Source of the DNA: an uncultured archaeon
GTDB taxonomy: Archaea > Aenigmatarchaeota > Aenigmatarchaeia > CAYQNF01
Assembly: GCA_964418905.1 (NCBI GenBank)
Contig: CAYQNF010000004.1
Location: forward strand, 1 to 33,477
Length of the DNA: 33,477 nt
Direction: 5' to 3'
Positions 1 through 8,598 of this stretch are shown in pieces. A model generated the notes under the pieces. It worked only from the letters and a program-made list of their open reading frames with translations. It was not told where the DNA came from and made no database searches. Every line of letters begins with the position of its first letter. Position 1 is the stretch's first letter. The translations under genes were made by a program, and so were the position numbers.

Positions 1-77
1 GCGGCTCCCAAAGACTCATGATTCATAGTGAATATATGTTCACTAAAACTAATAAAATAAACTTACTAACCTAGTTT

Positions 78-1004
78 ATGAAACAAGACAAGGAAATTCC
101 AAAGAAATTGCCAGAATTACATGCCACCAATTGGTTAAACGGAAATCCTTCTCTAAAAGATAAAACCATACTAATAGACTTTTGGACATATAGCTGCGTT
201 AACTGTATTAGATCCCTACCTCATATAAAATCAATATGGGAAAAGTACGGAGAAAGGGAAGATTTTATTCTAATAGGGATTCATACCCCAGAATTTGATT
301 TTGAGAAAGATATCAAAAATGTAAAAGACGCTGTTAAAAGACATGGTATAAAATACCCAATAGCGATGGATTCTGAATATGAAATATGGAAATCTTTCAA
401 TAACCATTATTGGCCAAGACAATATCTCTTCGATAAAAACGGTAATTATGTTTACAATAATATAGGAGAAGGAAATTACCTGGAATTAGAAAACAGACTA
501 AGAAAATTACTGGGACTCGACGCTTTGAAAGAAAAGGAGAAAAAAGAGATACAAGGAAAGGTCACAAATGAGACATACTGTGGAAAGTTAAGAGGTCCGG
601 ACATACCCGGAAGACATTGCAAAGAAGGTCAATGTGATAATTACAAAGATCCCGGAGAAAGAAATGAAGGTCAAATATATTTAGAAGGATTATGGGACAG
701 AAAAGAGGATTATCTAGAACATAAAGGAGAAGAAGGGGAAATAGCAATAAATTACAAAGCTTCTAACGTAAACGTAGTTATTACTTCCGATAATTATCTG
801 GAAATAGATGTTTACTTAGACGATAATTATATACCGAAAGAAAAATCCGGAGATTCCGTACATTTCGACGGGGAAAGATCTTATATTGTAATAGAAAGAG
901 ATGACATGTATAACATAATAAACGACAAAGAAAAACATCAACACTCTTTAAAATTTGAAGTAAATAATAGAAATGTGAGATTTTATGCATTTACTTTTGG
1001 CTAG
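78..1004 (+). CDS. Thioredoxin-fold redoxin (TlpA/DipZ C-terminal-type thiol-disulfide oxidoreductase)
   Basis: 308-aa ORF. The N-terminal half follows the redoxin pattern DFWTYSCVNCIRSLPHIK...IGIHTPEFDFEKD...YPIAMDS...YWPRQYLFDKNG with a CxxC (CVNC) site. A beta-rich C-terminal domain follows, as in DipZ-type proteins. No signal peptide or TM segment is visible. Confidence 0.8.
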   Translation: MKQDKEIPKKLPELHATNWLNGNPSLKDKTILIDFWTYSCVNCIRSLPHIKSIWEKYGEREDFILIGIHTPEFDFEKDIKNVKDAVKRHGIKYPIAMDSEYEIWKSFNNHYWPRQYLFDKNGNYVYNNIGEGNYLELENRLRKLLGLDALKEKEKKEIQGKVTNETYCGKLRGPDIPGRHCKEGQCDNYKDPGERNEGQIYLEGLWDRKEDYLEHKGEEGEIAINYKASNVNVVITSDNYLEIDVYLDDNYIPKEKSGDSVHFDGERSYIVIERDDMYNIINDKEKHQHSLKFEVNNRNVRFYAFTFG

Positions 1005-1170
1005 ATTCAATATCTCTTAATTTCTTCTTAACTCTAGCTTCTGCATATTTATCTTTCGGAGAATATTTAGGCGGATGAGCACTATTTGTGTTACCACACT
1101 TGTCACACTCATCTTTTAGAGTGTAACCATGATCGCATTTTTTTATGAGAATAATATCACTCTTTGACAA
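991..1170 (-). CDS. nop10: H/ACA RNP component Nop10 (59 aa, absent from the ORF track)
   Basis: Hand translation from TTG at 1170 gives (M)SKSDIILIKKCDHGYTLKDECDKCGNTNSAHPPKYSPKDKYAEARVKKKLRDIESSQK*. It carries the Nop10 hallmarks: a zinc ribbon followed by HPP(K/R)(Y/F)SP(K/E)DKY. It lies directly downstream of aIF2alpha, the conserved archaeal arrangement. The exact start is uncertain because TTG is the only canonical start in frame. Confidence 0.8.
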   Translation of the reverse strand: MSKSDIILIKKCDHGYTLKDECDKCGNTNSAHPPKYSPKDKYAEARVKKKLRDIESSQK

Positions 1171-1930
1171 GTTCGAAAGATCCTTCGCCGTCTTCCTTCT
1201 TTATTTCTTCTATTATTTCATCCGCTTTCTTTTTTAGCTTTTGTTCCGCAGATCTAGGATCCTTGCTTTTAATTTTAATAGAATATTTAGGAGCCGATAT
1301 GTAAGAAGCATCCAATCCAGAATTTTCTAAGACCGTTTTTATTCTCTTTACTCCGTCTGATTTAGGACAAGTAAGTTCTAAGACGCCCTTAACGACAGTT
1401 TCCTTTTCTTCTATGGTTTTTTCTGCTATTTCTTCTATAATGTCTACCCATTCTTTGTCTAATCCTCTTTTCTCTAGAAGTTCTCTATTCTTTTTGGCTT
1501 CTTTGAAACCTTGGAACATTTCCCCAAACTCCTCTTGAAGTTTGAATCCAACTTCGTCATAGGCATCATCAAGAGAAACTCCTTTCTCTTTTGCAGCAAG
1601 TTCAAGCATCTTCTCTGCTCTTCTTTCTCTCTTCCAAGCGTCCAAAGCGTGCTTTCTTTCATAGTCTGAAACTCTCTTAAGACTTAGATAAATATGACCT
1701 TTACTTCTATCAATTCCCCTAACTTTACAGGTAACAGTTTGTCCCACTTTCACGTGTCTTCTGATGTCTTTTACCCATTTGTTTGAAACTTCAGAAACAT
1801 GGACCATACCATCTTTTTCGTATTCAATTAAGTGGACAAAAACAGAATTCGGATTGATATTGGTTACCTTACCAACAACTATCTCATTCTTTGGTGGATA
1901 CTCATTTAATTTTCTAACTATTTTAATCAC
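1157..1930 (-). CDS. eif2a: Translation initiation factor aIF2 alpha subunit
   Basis: 257 aa. It has an N-terminal S1/OB domain (EIVVGKVTNINPNSVFVHLIEYEKDGMVHVSEVSNKWVKDIRRHVKVGQTVTCKV...IYLSLKRV), then helical and alpha-beta domains. It sits in the rps27e-aIF2a-nop10 cluster. The GTG start lies inside an AGGTGA motif, so the true start may be a few nt away. Confidence 0.9.
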   Translation of the reverse strand: MIKIVRKLNEYPPKNEIVVGKVTNINPNSVFVHLIEYEKDGMVHVSEVSNKWVKDIRRHVKVGQTVTCKVRGIDRSKGHIYLSLKRVSDYERKHALDAWKRERRAEKMLELAAKEKGVSLDDAYDEVGFKLQEEFGEMFQGFKEAKKNRELLEKRGLDKEWVDIIEEIAEKTIEEKETVVKGVLELTCPKSDGVKRIKTVLENSGLDASYISAPKYSIKIKSKDPRSAEQKLKKKADEIIEEIKKEDGEGSFELVKE

Positions 1931-1958
1931 CTATACTAAATTATAAGAATTGAGTAAA

Positions 1959-2129
1959 TTACTGAAGTCTTTCAGCTACTTCCACCTTAACTTCTCCTTC
2001 TCCGCCGGTGGACTCTACTAAAATTTCTTCACAGACTAAGCACTTTACGTCTTGTGCGGGTCTTTCGAATACTATTTGTTCGTTCTTACATTTTTCACAT
2101 TTTGTCCTTAAGAATGCATTTTGAGACAT
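1959..2129 (-). CDS. rps27e: 30S ribosomal protein S27e (56 aa, absent from the ORF track)
   Basis: Hand translation gives MSQNAFLRTKCEKCKNEQIVFERPAQDVKCLVCEEILVESTGGEGEVKVEVAERLQ*. This is the CxxC...CxxC zinc ribbon with NEQIVF and TGG, typical of S27e. It lies immediately upstream of aIF2alpha. Confidence 0.85.
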   Translation of the reverse strand: MSQNAFLRTKCEKCKNEQIVFERPAQDVKCLVCEEILVESTGGEGEVKVEVAERLQ

Positions 2130-2180
2130 GTTATATCACAACTATAACTAATGATTATAACTTAAATATCTTCCTATGGT

Positions 2181-2942
2181 TTGGTATTTATGAGAATAAA
2201 TTTTGTAACCGAAGAACCTGCGGTAAAGGTAGGGGATTCTCTAATTATTACAGATGTACATATAGGAATAGAATATGAGTTCTATAAATCGGGGATAAAT
2301 TTGCCCACACAAACCAAAAAGATCAGAAAGAAGATAGAATCATTACTAAAAGGGACAAAAGCAAAGAAATTGATCATATTAGGTGACTTGACGCACCAAG
2401 TCCCAGGAATATCATGGCAAGAAAGGAAAGAGATACCAAAAATGATGGAAAAGTTGAACAAAAGAGCTGAAATTCATATAATCAAAGGAAACCATGACGG
2501 AGAGCTCGAAACTCTAATAGAAAACGATGATATCAAAATTCACGGCTCCAAGGGATTTTTGCATAAGGACGTAGCATTCGTTCACGGCAACGCATGGCCC
2601 ACGAAAGACCAGTTAAAAGCTAAAACTTTGATAATGGGACATATACACCCAACGATTGAATTTACAGACCACTTCGGATTCAGAATGGTAGAAAAATGCT
2701 GGATACGTGCGCCAGTAAATAAAGAAGCTCTAGCCAAGAAATACAAAACTGATGAAGATGATATAAATCTAGAAGAGGTCATAGTAGTTCCAGTTTTCAA
2801 TTCTCTAATAGGAGGTATGGCTATAAACAAAGGTAAAGCATTCATGGGACCCATCATGAAAAAATGCATAAACAAAGAAGAGCTAAAAGCATACCTATTA
2901 GACGGAACTGATCTGGGTCACATAAAAAACAAGAAGAGCTAG
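2181..2942 (+). CDS. Metallophosphoesterase (calcineurin-like, COG1407-type)
   Basis: The motifs D-x-H (ITDVHIG), GD (ILGDLTH), GNHD, VHGN and GHIHP occur in the canonical order. The start could be the second ATG at 2190. Confidence 0.8.
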   Translation: MVFMRINFVTEEPAVKVGDSLIITDVHIGIEYEFYKSGINLPTQTKKIRKKIESLLKGTKAKKLIILGDLTHQVPGISWQERKEIPKMMEKLNKRAEIHIIKGNHDGELETLIENDDIKIHGSKGFLHKDVAFVHGNAWPTKDQLKAKTLIMGHIHPTIEFTDHFGFRMVEKCWIRAPVNKEALAKKYKTDEDDINLEEVIVVPVFNSLIGGMAINKGKAFMGPIMKKCINKEELKAYLLDGTDLGHIKNKKS

Positions 2943-2944
2943 AT

Positions 2945-3268
2945 CTACTCTCCAAATGTTATATCATAACTACATTCATCTTGAAAATCATAATTGGTAT
3001 CTACATGTTTTCCGTTTTCAAATAACCAAATCTCGCTACCATTACAATTTTCTACTAGATTGATAAAACTGATATAGAATAAATATGAAGTTCTTCCGCA
3101 GATATTACACGCGACACTTTTAGTCTCATTATTGTCTACCAAACAGGCACGCTCAGTGCAAAAGGTCACATCCTCTCTAGTCATAGCTCCGAAAACTCCG
3201 CCCACCAATACAAAAACTATCAAAGCTGATATTGATACAATAACCTTTTTCTTATCATATTCTCTCAT
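2945..3268 (-). CDS. Hypothetical membrane-anchored Cys-rich protein
   Basis: 107 aa with one N-terminal TM helix (VIVSISALIVFVLVGGVFGA) and 7 Cys in the predicted external part. It overlaps the ham1 stop by 4 nt, suggesting translational coupling. Confidence 0.5.
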   Translation of the reverse strand: MREYDKKKVIVSISALIVFVLVGGVFGAMTREDVTFCTERACLVDNNETKSVACNICGRTSYLFYISFINLVENCNGSEIWLFENGKHVDTNYDFQDECSYDITFGE

Positions 3269-3807
3269 TCTCCACTCTCCAGAAACTCTGCAAATTTCTT
3301 AAATGCCTTTCCTCGCATGCTTATCTTATTTTTTTCTTCTGTTGTAAATTCGCCAAATACTTTTTCATATCCTTTTGGTTGGAATATAGGATCCCACCCA
3401 AACATTCTACCTTCCCTGGGCTCAACTAACCTACCTGGTAAAACTCCTTCAAAGAAATGAATATCAGTAGGACTTCTTGCATATCCCACGACTGTTTTAG
3501 CCTCTACTTCCAAATTTCCTAACTTATTAGCAACCTCATAAACACCGTCATTTCCCAGGGACTCAAAAAACCATTTGTTTAGAGGTCCGGGTAATCCGTT
3601 CAGGCAGCTCATATAAAGAGATGTATCCTCGACTATAAACTCTCCTTCGTGGTATTTGAACGCCTCTTGTAATTTAGCTTTCAGAACTTCATGCGCGTCC
3701 ATGTGCTGGATTTCTGGTAAATCAACACTAAGCTGTTCTAAATCATCTACTAACTTTTTAGCCTCTTTAAATTTTTTCTCATTTCCTGTTATGAAATAAA
3801 TTGTCAT
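3265..3807 (-). CDS. Non-canonical purine NTP pyrophosphatase (Ham1/RdgB/ITPase family)
   Basis: 180 aa. It starts IYFITGNEKKFKEAK and contains EDTSL, NGLPGP and GWDPIF..., all Ham1-family signatures. Confidence 0.85.
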   Translation of the reverse strand: MTIYFITGNEKKFKEAKKLVDDLEQLSVDLPEIQHMDAHEVLKAKLQEAFKYHEGEFIVEDTSLYMSCLNGLPGPLNKWFFESLGNDGVYEVANKLGNLEVEAKTVVGYARSPTDIHFFEGVLPGRLVEPREGRMFGWDPIFQPKGYEKVFGEFTTEEKNKISMRGKAFKKFAEFLESGE

Positions 3808-3811
3808 TTTA

Positions 3812-5251
3812 TCACTCCGATAATTTATTGCCTCTAGTCTTACTTTCTCTCCACCCTTTACTAGTTATACGAATAAATTCAGCATTATTCTGCATTTCTT
3901 GTATACTTCTAGCACCGCAATAGCTCATACCACTTTGTATTCCCTTAACTATTGACTTTATCACTTCTTCAACCGGACCCTTGTATTCTATTAGATTCGA
4001 TACTCCCTCTACGTAAGTATCCATTCTGTTTTTTATTTTCTTACCTTTGGATCTTTCTTTTCTTTCGTGTACGCTTTCATATGAAGCAGAGCCTATATAC
4101 CTCTTATATCTCCTTCCGTCCTTGTAAACCATTATTCCCGGGGCTTCGTCAGTTCCTGCATAGAACGATCCTGACATATAAGTTCCTGCCCCCAAAGCCA
4201 ACGCCTTGGTAACATTTCCTATTATCCCACCGGCTCCTCCATCAGCACAAACCGGTATATTAAATTCATTAGCCACTTCGCAAACATCTTTAACCGCAGT
4301 GAATTGAGGCACCCCGGCCCCAGAAACTATACGAGTACTACATACACGGGAAGGGCCTATACCAACTTTAAGTCCGTCCGCTCCCGCCTCTATAAGATCT
4401 TTAGCCGCTTCCTTAGTTGCTATGTTACCAACCATTACATCAATATCAAATTTGGATTTTAGCTCTTTCAAACTGTTTATCATCATATCCGAATGACCAT
4501 GTGCTAAATCTATTACGATGACATCCGCTCCCGCCTCCACTAAAGCCTCGGTTCTTTCTATACTATCCCTGACACCAACGGCCGCGGCCACCATAAGTCT
4601 GCCTTTATTGTCTCTAGATGCCTCTGGCCAATATTCCATCTTCTTAATATCTTTAGTAGTTATCAGACCTTTCAAATGTCCGTCATTGTTAACTAATGGT
4701 AATTTTTCTATCCTATTTTTCTGTAATATATCCTTGGCTTCGTCAGTGCTTATTTCAGGAGTAGATGTTATGAGTTTGTCCTGTCCTGTCATAACATCTG
4801 AAACTTTCTTGTCCATGTCGTCCTCAAACAAATAATCTTTAGAAGTAAATATCCCGACAAGTTTGTCATTACTCATAACAAGCAAACTAGTAACATTCTG
4901 TCTTTCCATTAAATCTATAGCTTCATAAATAGTAGCGTTCGGTTTTATGGTTATAGGATCCTCTATAACAAAGCTTGTACTTCTCTTTACCCTCTTCACT
5001 TCTTCAACTTGATCCTCAATAGAAGAAAATTGATGTATAACGCCAATACCTCCTTCGCGAGCCATGGCAATAGCCATTTTATGCTCTGTCACAGTAGCCA
5101 TGTTAGAACTAACCAAAGGAACGTTAATCTCTATATTCTTAGTAAAATTAGTTTTAGTATTAGCCTCGGATCTAGAATTAAGAGGTGTACGCTTAGGTAC
5201 AAGCAGTACGTCAGAAAATGTTAACCCTGTTCGGATATCGTTATTCCCCAA
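3812..5251 (-). CDS. guaB: IMP dehydrogenase with CBS-pair insert
   Basis: 479 aa. Motifs seen are [10 protein letters not shown], a CBS pair (residues about 95-205), the catalytic loop [16 protein letters not shown] and YRG-type motifs. It has a TTG start. Confidence 0.92.
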   Translation of the reverse strand: MGNNDIRTGLTFSDVLLVPKRTPLNSRSEANTKTNFTKNIEINVPLVSSNMATVTEHKMAIAMAREGGIGVIHQFSSIEDQVEEVKRVKRSTSFVIEDPITIKPNATIYEAIDLMERQNVTSLLVMSNDKLVGIFTSKDYLFEDDMDKKVSDVMTGQDKLITSTPEISTDEAKDILQKNRIEKLPLVNNDGHLKGLITTKDIKKMEYWPEASRDNKGRLMVAAAVGVRDSIERTEALVEAGADVIVIDLAHGHSDMMINSLKELKSKFDIDVMVGNIATKEAAKDLIEAGADGLKVGIGPSRVCSTRIVSGAGVPQFTAVKDVCEVANEFNIPVCADGGAGGIIGNVTKALALGAGTYMSGSFYAGTDEAPGIMVYKDGRRYKRYIGSASYESVHERKERSKGKKIKNRMDTYVEGVSNLIEYKGPVEEVIKSIVKGIQSGMSYCGARSIQEMQNNAEFIRITSKGWRESKTRGNKLSE

Positions 5252-5451
5252 ATATATCCTTACATATATTTGTTTTTACCAGATATTAAGCTTTTCTTTT
5301 TGCAATTTTATCAATTTCTTTATTAATATTTCCGAAACCTTTAAGAACGGACATTTTCTGGAAAAAGTACTTAAACTAAACTCAGGTCCAGATAGTGCGA
5401 ATAACCCTTATATAGCTAAATCGGGCATAACCAAAAATTGGTGAATAATAT

Positions 5452-5793
5452 ATGGCGTCAGTAATAAAACCTCAATACAAGTTCAAAACTGTAGAAAAGG
5501 AGAAATCTGTAGCAGAAAATGGATACAAAGATATCGTAATTTGCGATGAGGATCTAGAATGGGCAGATTATGAATTACTGGAAAACGGCCACAAAAAATC
5601 AAAACTAAGTGAAAACGGTAACATCGATGCTATTTACAACGGTTTAGCCGAGGAATTAGAACCTCCTGAAAATCCAAGTAGGGTAATAGACATTCCTTAT
5701 TCTAGTCGTTTAGGTAAAATACTACACGATGAATTATTCAGAATAGACGCTGAAGAAATAGATGCTCCTCAACTAAATGGACACAAATTCTAA
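5452..5793 (+). CDS. Hypothetical acidic protein
   Basis: 113-aa ORF with GGTGA 9 nt upstream of the ATG and a TATA-like CTTATATAG about 40 nt upstream. No family recognised. Confidence 0.5.
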   Translation: MASVIKPQYKFKTVEKEKSVAENGYKDIVICDEDLEWADYELLENGHKKSKLSENGNIDAIYNGLAEELEPPENPSRVIDIPYSSRLGKILHDELFRIDAEEIDAPQLNGHKF

Positions 5794-6267
5794 TTATTCC
5801 TCTTCTTCGTCTTCGCCTACAATTTTTATTGGATACCATTTCTTAGAGCGAGACATATGAGTAAGCTTCTTCTTCTCGCATGTAATAGTCTTACCTTCCA
5901 ATTCAAAAGGATTCATTACTCCAATCTTTCTGAACTGTTTCATTAATCTATAACTCTCGCTTCTTTTAGAAAAAGTAAATTCTCCGTCTTCCTTCTTAAC
6001 TCCAGAATATCTTTGAGTATAAGGTCCTTTCCAATATTGGTTATTGTATGTTATACACAGATAGAATTTATTCTCCATAGGCTCTCCTGTCTCGTAATCC
6101 TTGACAGGTTCTGTTTTAACTTCCTTAACGTCTAAATCGAATACTCCTTTTCTTCTTCTTACGATATTAACACTCTCCAATATGACTCTTTTATAAACAT
6201 TTTTAAAATTGTCCTTTTTATTCAAAATAAGACAATTACTATTATGTCCTTGGATGTTAATAAACAA
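5794..6267 (-). CDS. Hypothetical protein with acidic C-terminal tail
   Basis: 157-aa ORF ending ...KIVGEDEEEE. No family recognised. The 5' end overlaps the divergent neighbour, so the real start may be internal. Confidence 0.45.
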   Translation of the reverse strand: MFINIQGHNSNCLILNKKDNFKNVYKRVILESVNIVRRRKGVFDLDVKEVKTEPVKDYETGEPMENKFYLCITYNNQYWKGPYTQRYSGVKKEDGEFTFSKRSESYRLMKQFRKIGVMNPFELEGKTITCEKKKLTHMSRSKKWYPIKIVGEDEEEE

Positions 6268-6282
6268 AATCCCAACAAACCA

Positions 6283-7143
6283 ATGGGCATCAAAGGTAAA
6301 TTATATTCTGTCTTAGCCCCTTTGATAACTCCTGACCTATACATAGGAACCCATGAACTATCTCATATAGGAACAGGAAAGGCACTAAACCAAGACTATG
6401 ACTTCCATAATTCCAACATAGGAGACACTCCTCTGATAGAACATCTGGAAGATCATAGATATCTACCAAACAACGACGATTCTACTCTTACTCAATCATT
6501 AATAGATGCGATAAATAACGGACCTATAGGAGAATCTATTCAAGAGAGGTCGTTATACCCGCTAGGTAAAGGGGCCGCAGGTTTGGGAAGTGCTGCAAAA
6601 AATTCTGTACAAGAAGGGTCGTTGGATCCTCTAAGAGATTCGTTGAGTCATTATCCCACTGAAGAAATCAAAAGAGAGATGGTGGAAAGTCCTTTGGGAA
6701 GAGCGCATTCAGGAACTCCTGCCAACGCCACCGATTTTGGCATAACACTGATGGGGGGACACGCAGGTACAATATTATTGAATCTGGGTATTGGAGTTTA
6801 CGCAAATAAAACAGGTAGCGTACCTGCTAAAATATTATCCACGACAATGGCAGGTGCCCAGATCTTAAACATAACAAAGGATGTATTGTTAAGAGACGTA
6901 AACTCAGACTTATGGAGATTTTCTGATCTAGTTGATAAAGACCCCGGACTTATAGGAGGAGCTATTGCAACTTTGTCTGCAATACCGGCAGTTTACGCTT
7001 GGTGGCCCAACATAAAAGCAAAATTCAGAGGCGAAGAGCCTCCTGCATCTAGAACGTTGGAAGAGCTCCAAGAAGAGATAAACAATATACATGTAGAATG
7101 TAAGGATTTGGAAAATCCGGAATTAGACTATAACGTAGAATAA
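6283..7143 (+). CDS. Hypothetical membrane protein with HExxH motif (possible zinc metalloprotease)
   Basis: The ORF track starts at 6244. I prefer the ATG at 6283 because it avoids overlap with the divergent gene. It has THELSHIGTG (HExxH) near the N-terminus and two Gly/Ala-rich hydrophobic segments (GITLMGGHAGTILLNLGIGVYA; GLIGGAIATLSAIPAVYAWW). Confidence 0.5.
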   Translation: MGIKGKLYSVLAPLITPDLYIGTHELSHIGTGKALNQDYDFHNSNIGDTPLIEHLEDHRYLPNNDDSTLTQSLIDAINNGPIGESIQERSLYPLGKGAAGLGSAAKNSVQEGSLDPLRDSLSHYPTEEIKREMVESPLGRAHSGTPANATDFGITLMGGHAGTILLNLGIGVYANKTGSVPAKILSTTMAGAQILNITKDVLLRDVNSDLWRFSDLVDKDPGLIGGAIATLSAIPAVYAWWPNIKAKFRGEEPPASRTLEELQEEINNIHVECKDLENPELDYNVE

Positions 7144-7146
7144 TGA

Positions 7147-7272
7147 TGGCGGACCCGACGGGATTTGAACCCGCGACTTTTGGCTATCTTCTTTCACCGC
7201 ACTTCCGTGCTCAATTCTTCTATTTAGAAAATAGAAGGCCAACACTCTAAATCCAAGCTGAGTTACGGGCCC
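7147..7272 (-). tRNA. tRNA-Arg(UCU) with a roughly 46-nt canonical (37/38) intron and encoded CCA
   Basis: Reverse complement: GGGCCCG-TA-ACTC-AGCTTGGATTTA-GAGT-G-TTGGC-CTTCTA[TTTTCTAAATAGAAGAATTGAGCACGGAAGTGCGGTGAAAGAAGAT]A-GCCAA-AAGTC-GCGGG-TTCAAAT-CCCGT-CGGGTCC-G-CCA. All four stems pair. Intron AAATAGAAG pairs with the anticodon-loop segment CTTCTATTT, a typical exon-intron helix. Confidence 0.9.
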
Positions 7273-7291
7273 ACACAACAGTAGAAGTATT

Positions 7292-7299
7292 CTATATTA
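7292..7299 (-). promoter_or_regulatory. TATA-like box for tRNA-Arg
   Basis: On the minus strand TAATATAG is centred about 24 nt upstream of the mature tRNA 5' end. Confidence 0.4.
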
Positions 7300-7374
7300 G
7301 CATTTAAATATATTTGCTCTCATTGGATGAAAAACGGGACATCTTTTTAACGGTATCTATTTCTATTATAGTTT

Positions 7375-8568
7375 ATGTCATTCAAAATAGGCTTGGTCGG
7401 AAAGCCGTTAGCAGGGAAGAGTACATTTTTCAAAGCATCAACTTTAGCAGATATTCCTATAGCCTCTTATCCATTTACAACTATAGACAAAAATGAAGGC
7501 GTGGCTTATGTGAGAGTAGATTGTCCGGCCAAAGAATTCGGTAAAACATGTGACCCAAAGTTCGGATTTTGTAAAAATAACAAAAGATTTGTTCCCGTAG
7601 AGCTAATAGACGTAGCCGGTCTAGTCCCAGGAGCCCACGAAGGAAAGGGAATGGGAAATAAATTTTTATCAGATCTAAACGAAGCAGATGTTTTAATCCA
7701 TGTAGTAGATTCTTCAGGAAAAACTAATGCAAAAGGAGAACCATGTGAAGATCATGATCCATGTGAAGACATAGAATTCCTAGAAAGAGAAATAGATATG
7801 TGGTATTTAGGCGTAATGAAAAGAGGCTGGGACAAAATTGTTAGATTGGCTAAACAAAAGGACGAAGATTTTCACGTTTCACTATCAGGACACCTAAACG
7901 CTTTTAGAATTACTAAGTATATAGCAAAAAACGCTATGATAGAATGTGGACTCGATCCAGAGAACTATGAGAATTGGGAAAATAAAGATCTTGAGAAATT
8001 GGCAGTAGAACTTAGGAAAAGAACCAAGCCGATGGTAATAGCTGCTAATAAAATGGATCTACCGTCCTCTAAAGAAAATATAAAGAAAATGAAAGAAAAA
8101 TTCCCGCACCTTATGATAATACCATGTTCAGGGGATATGGAACTTGCCTTAAGATCCGCAGCAAAAGCAGATCTCATTGATTATGTTCCAGGGGAATCAG
8201 ATTTCAAGATCAAAGGCGATCTAACAGATAAACAAAAGAAAGGTCTAGAGAAGATAAGAAATTCTTTAGAAAAATATGAATCCACAGGAGTACAAAAAGC
8301 ATTAGACTCCGCTGTTTTCGATTTCTTAGAATATATAGCAATATTCCCGGGCGGGGCCAATAAACTAGAAGATTCAGACGGCAACGTTTTACCGGATTGC
8401 TTCCTTTTACCGAAAGGGTCAACAGCTTTGGATTTTGCTTACGCTTTACATACCGACTTCGGTGATAATTTCCTATACGCTGTGGATGTCAGGACTAAGC
8501 AAAAAATAAGCAAAGACCACAAACTAAAGAACGGAGACATTATTGAGATAATAAACGCCGCTAAATGA
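7375..8568 (+). CDS. ychF: Obg-family P-loop NTPase, archaeal YchF-type with C-terminal TGS domain
   Basis: 397 aa. It has a P-loop (GLVGKPLAGKST), FTTI (G2), DVAGLV (G3), NKMD (G4), and a C-terminal TGS-like segment (GSTALDFAYALHTDFGDNFLYAV...LKNGDIIEI). Confidence 0.85.
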   Translation: MSFKIGLVGKPLAGKSTFFKASTLADIPIASYPFTTIDKNEGVAYVRVDCPAKEFGKTCDPKFGFCKNNKRFVPVELIDVAGLVPGAHEGKGMGNKFLSDLNEADVLIHVVDSSGKTNAKGEPCEDHDPCEDIEFLEREIDMWYLGVMKRGWDKIVRLAKQKDEDFHVSLSGHLNAFRITKYIAKNAMIECGLDPENYENWENKDLEKLAVELRKRTKPMVIAANKMDLPSSKENIKKMKEKFPHLMIIPCSGDMELALRSAAKADLIDYVPGESDFKIKGDLTDKQKKGLEKIRNSLEKYESTGVQKALDSAVFDFLEYIAIFPGGANKLEDSDGNVLPDCFLLPKGSTALDFAYALHTDFGDNFLYAVDVRTKQKISKDHKLKNGDIIEIINAAK

Positions 8569-8598
8569 ATTTTTATTTCTAGAACACTAAATTATAAC

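Noticed and set aside
1-19. A possible minus-strand gene start (ATGAGTCTTTGGGAGCCGC...) running off the left edge.
   Set aside because: Only 6 codons are visible, so it cannot be supported from this window.
7314-7496. The 60-aa ORF overlapping the ychF start.
   Set aside because: It is out of frame with, and mostly inside, the strongly supported ychF CDS. It has no motif support.
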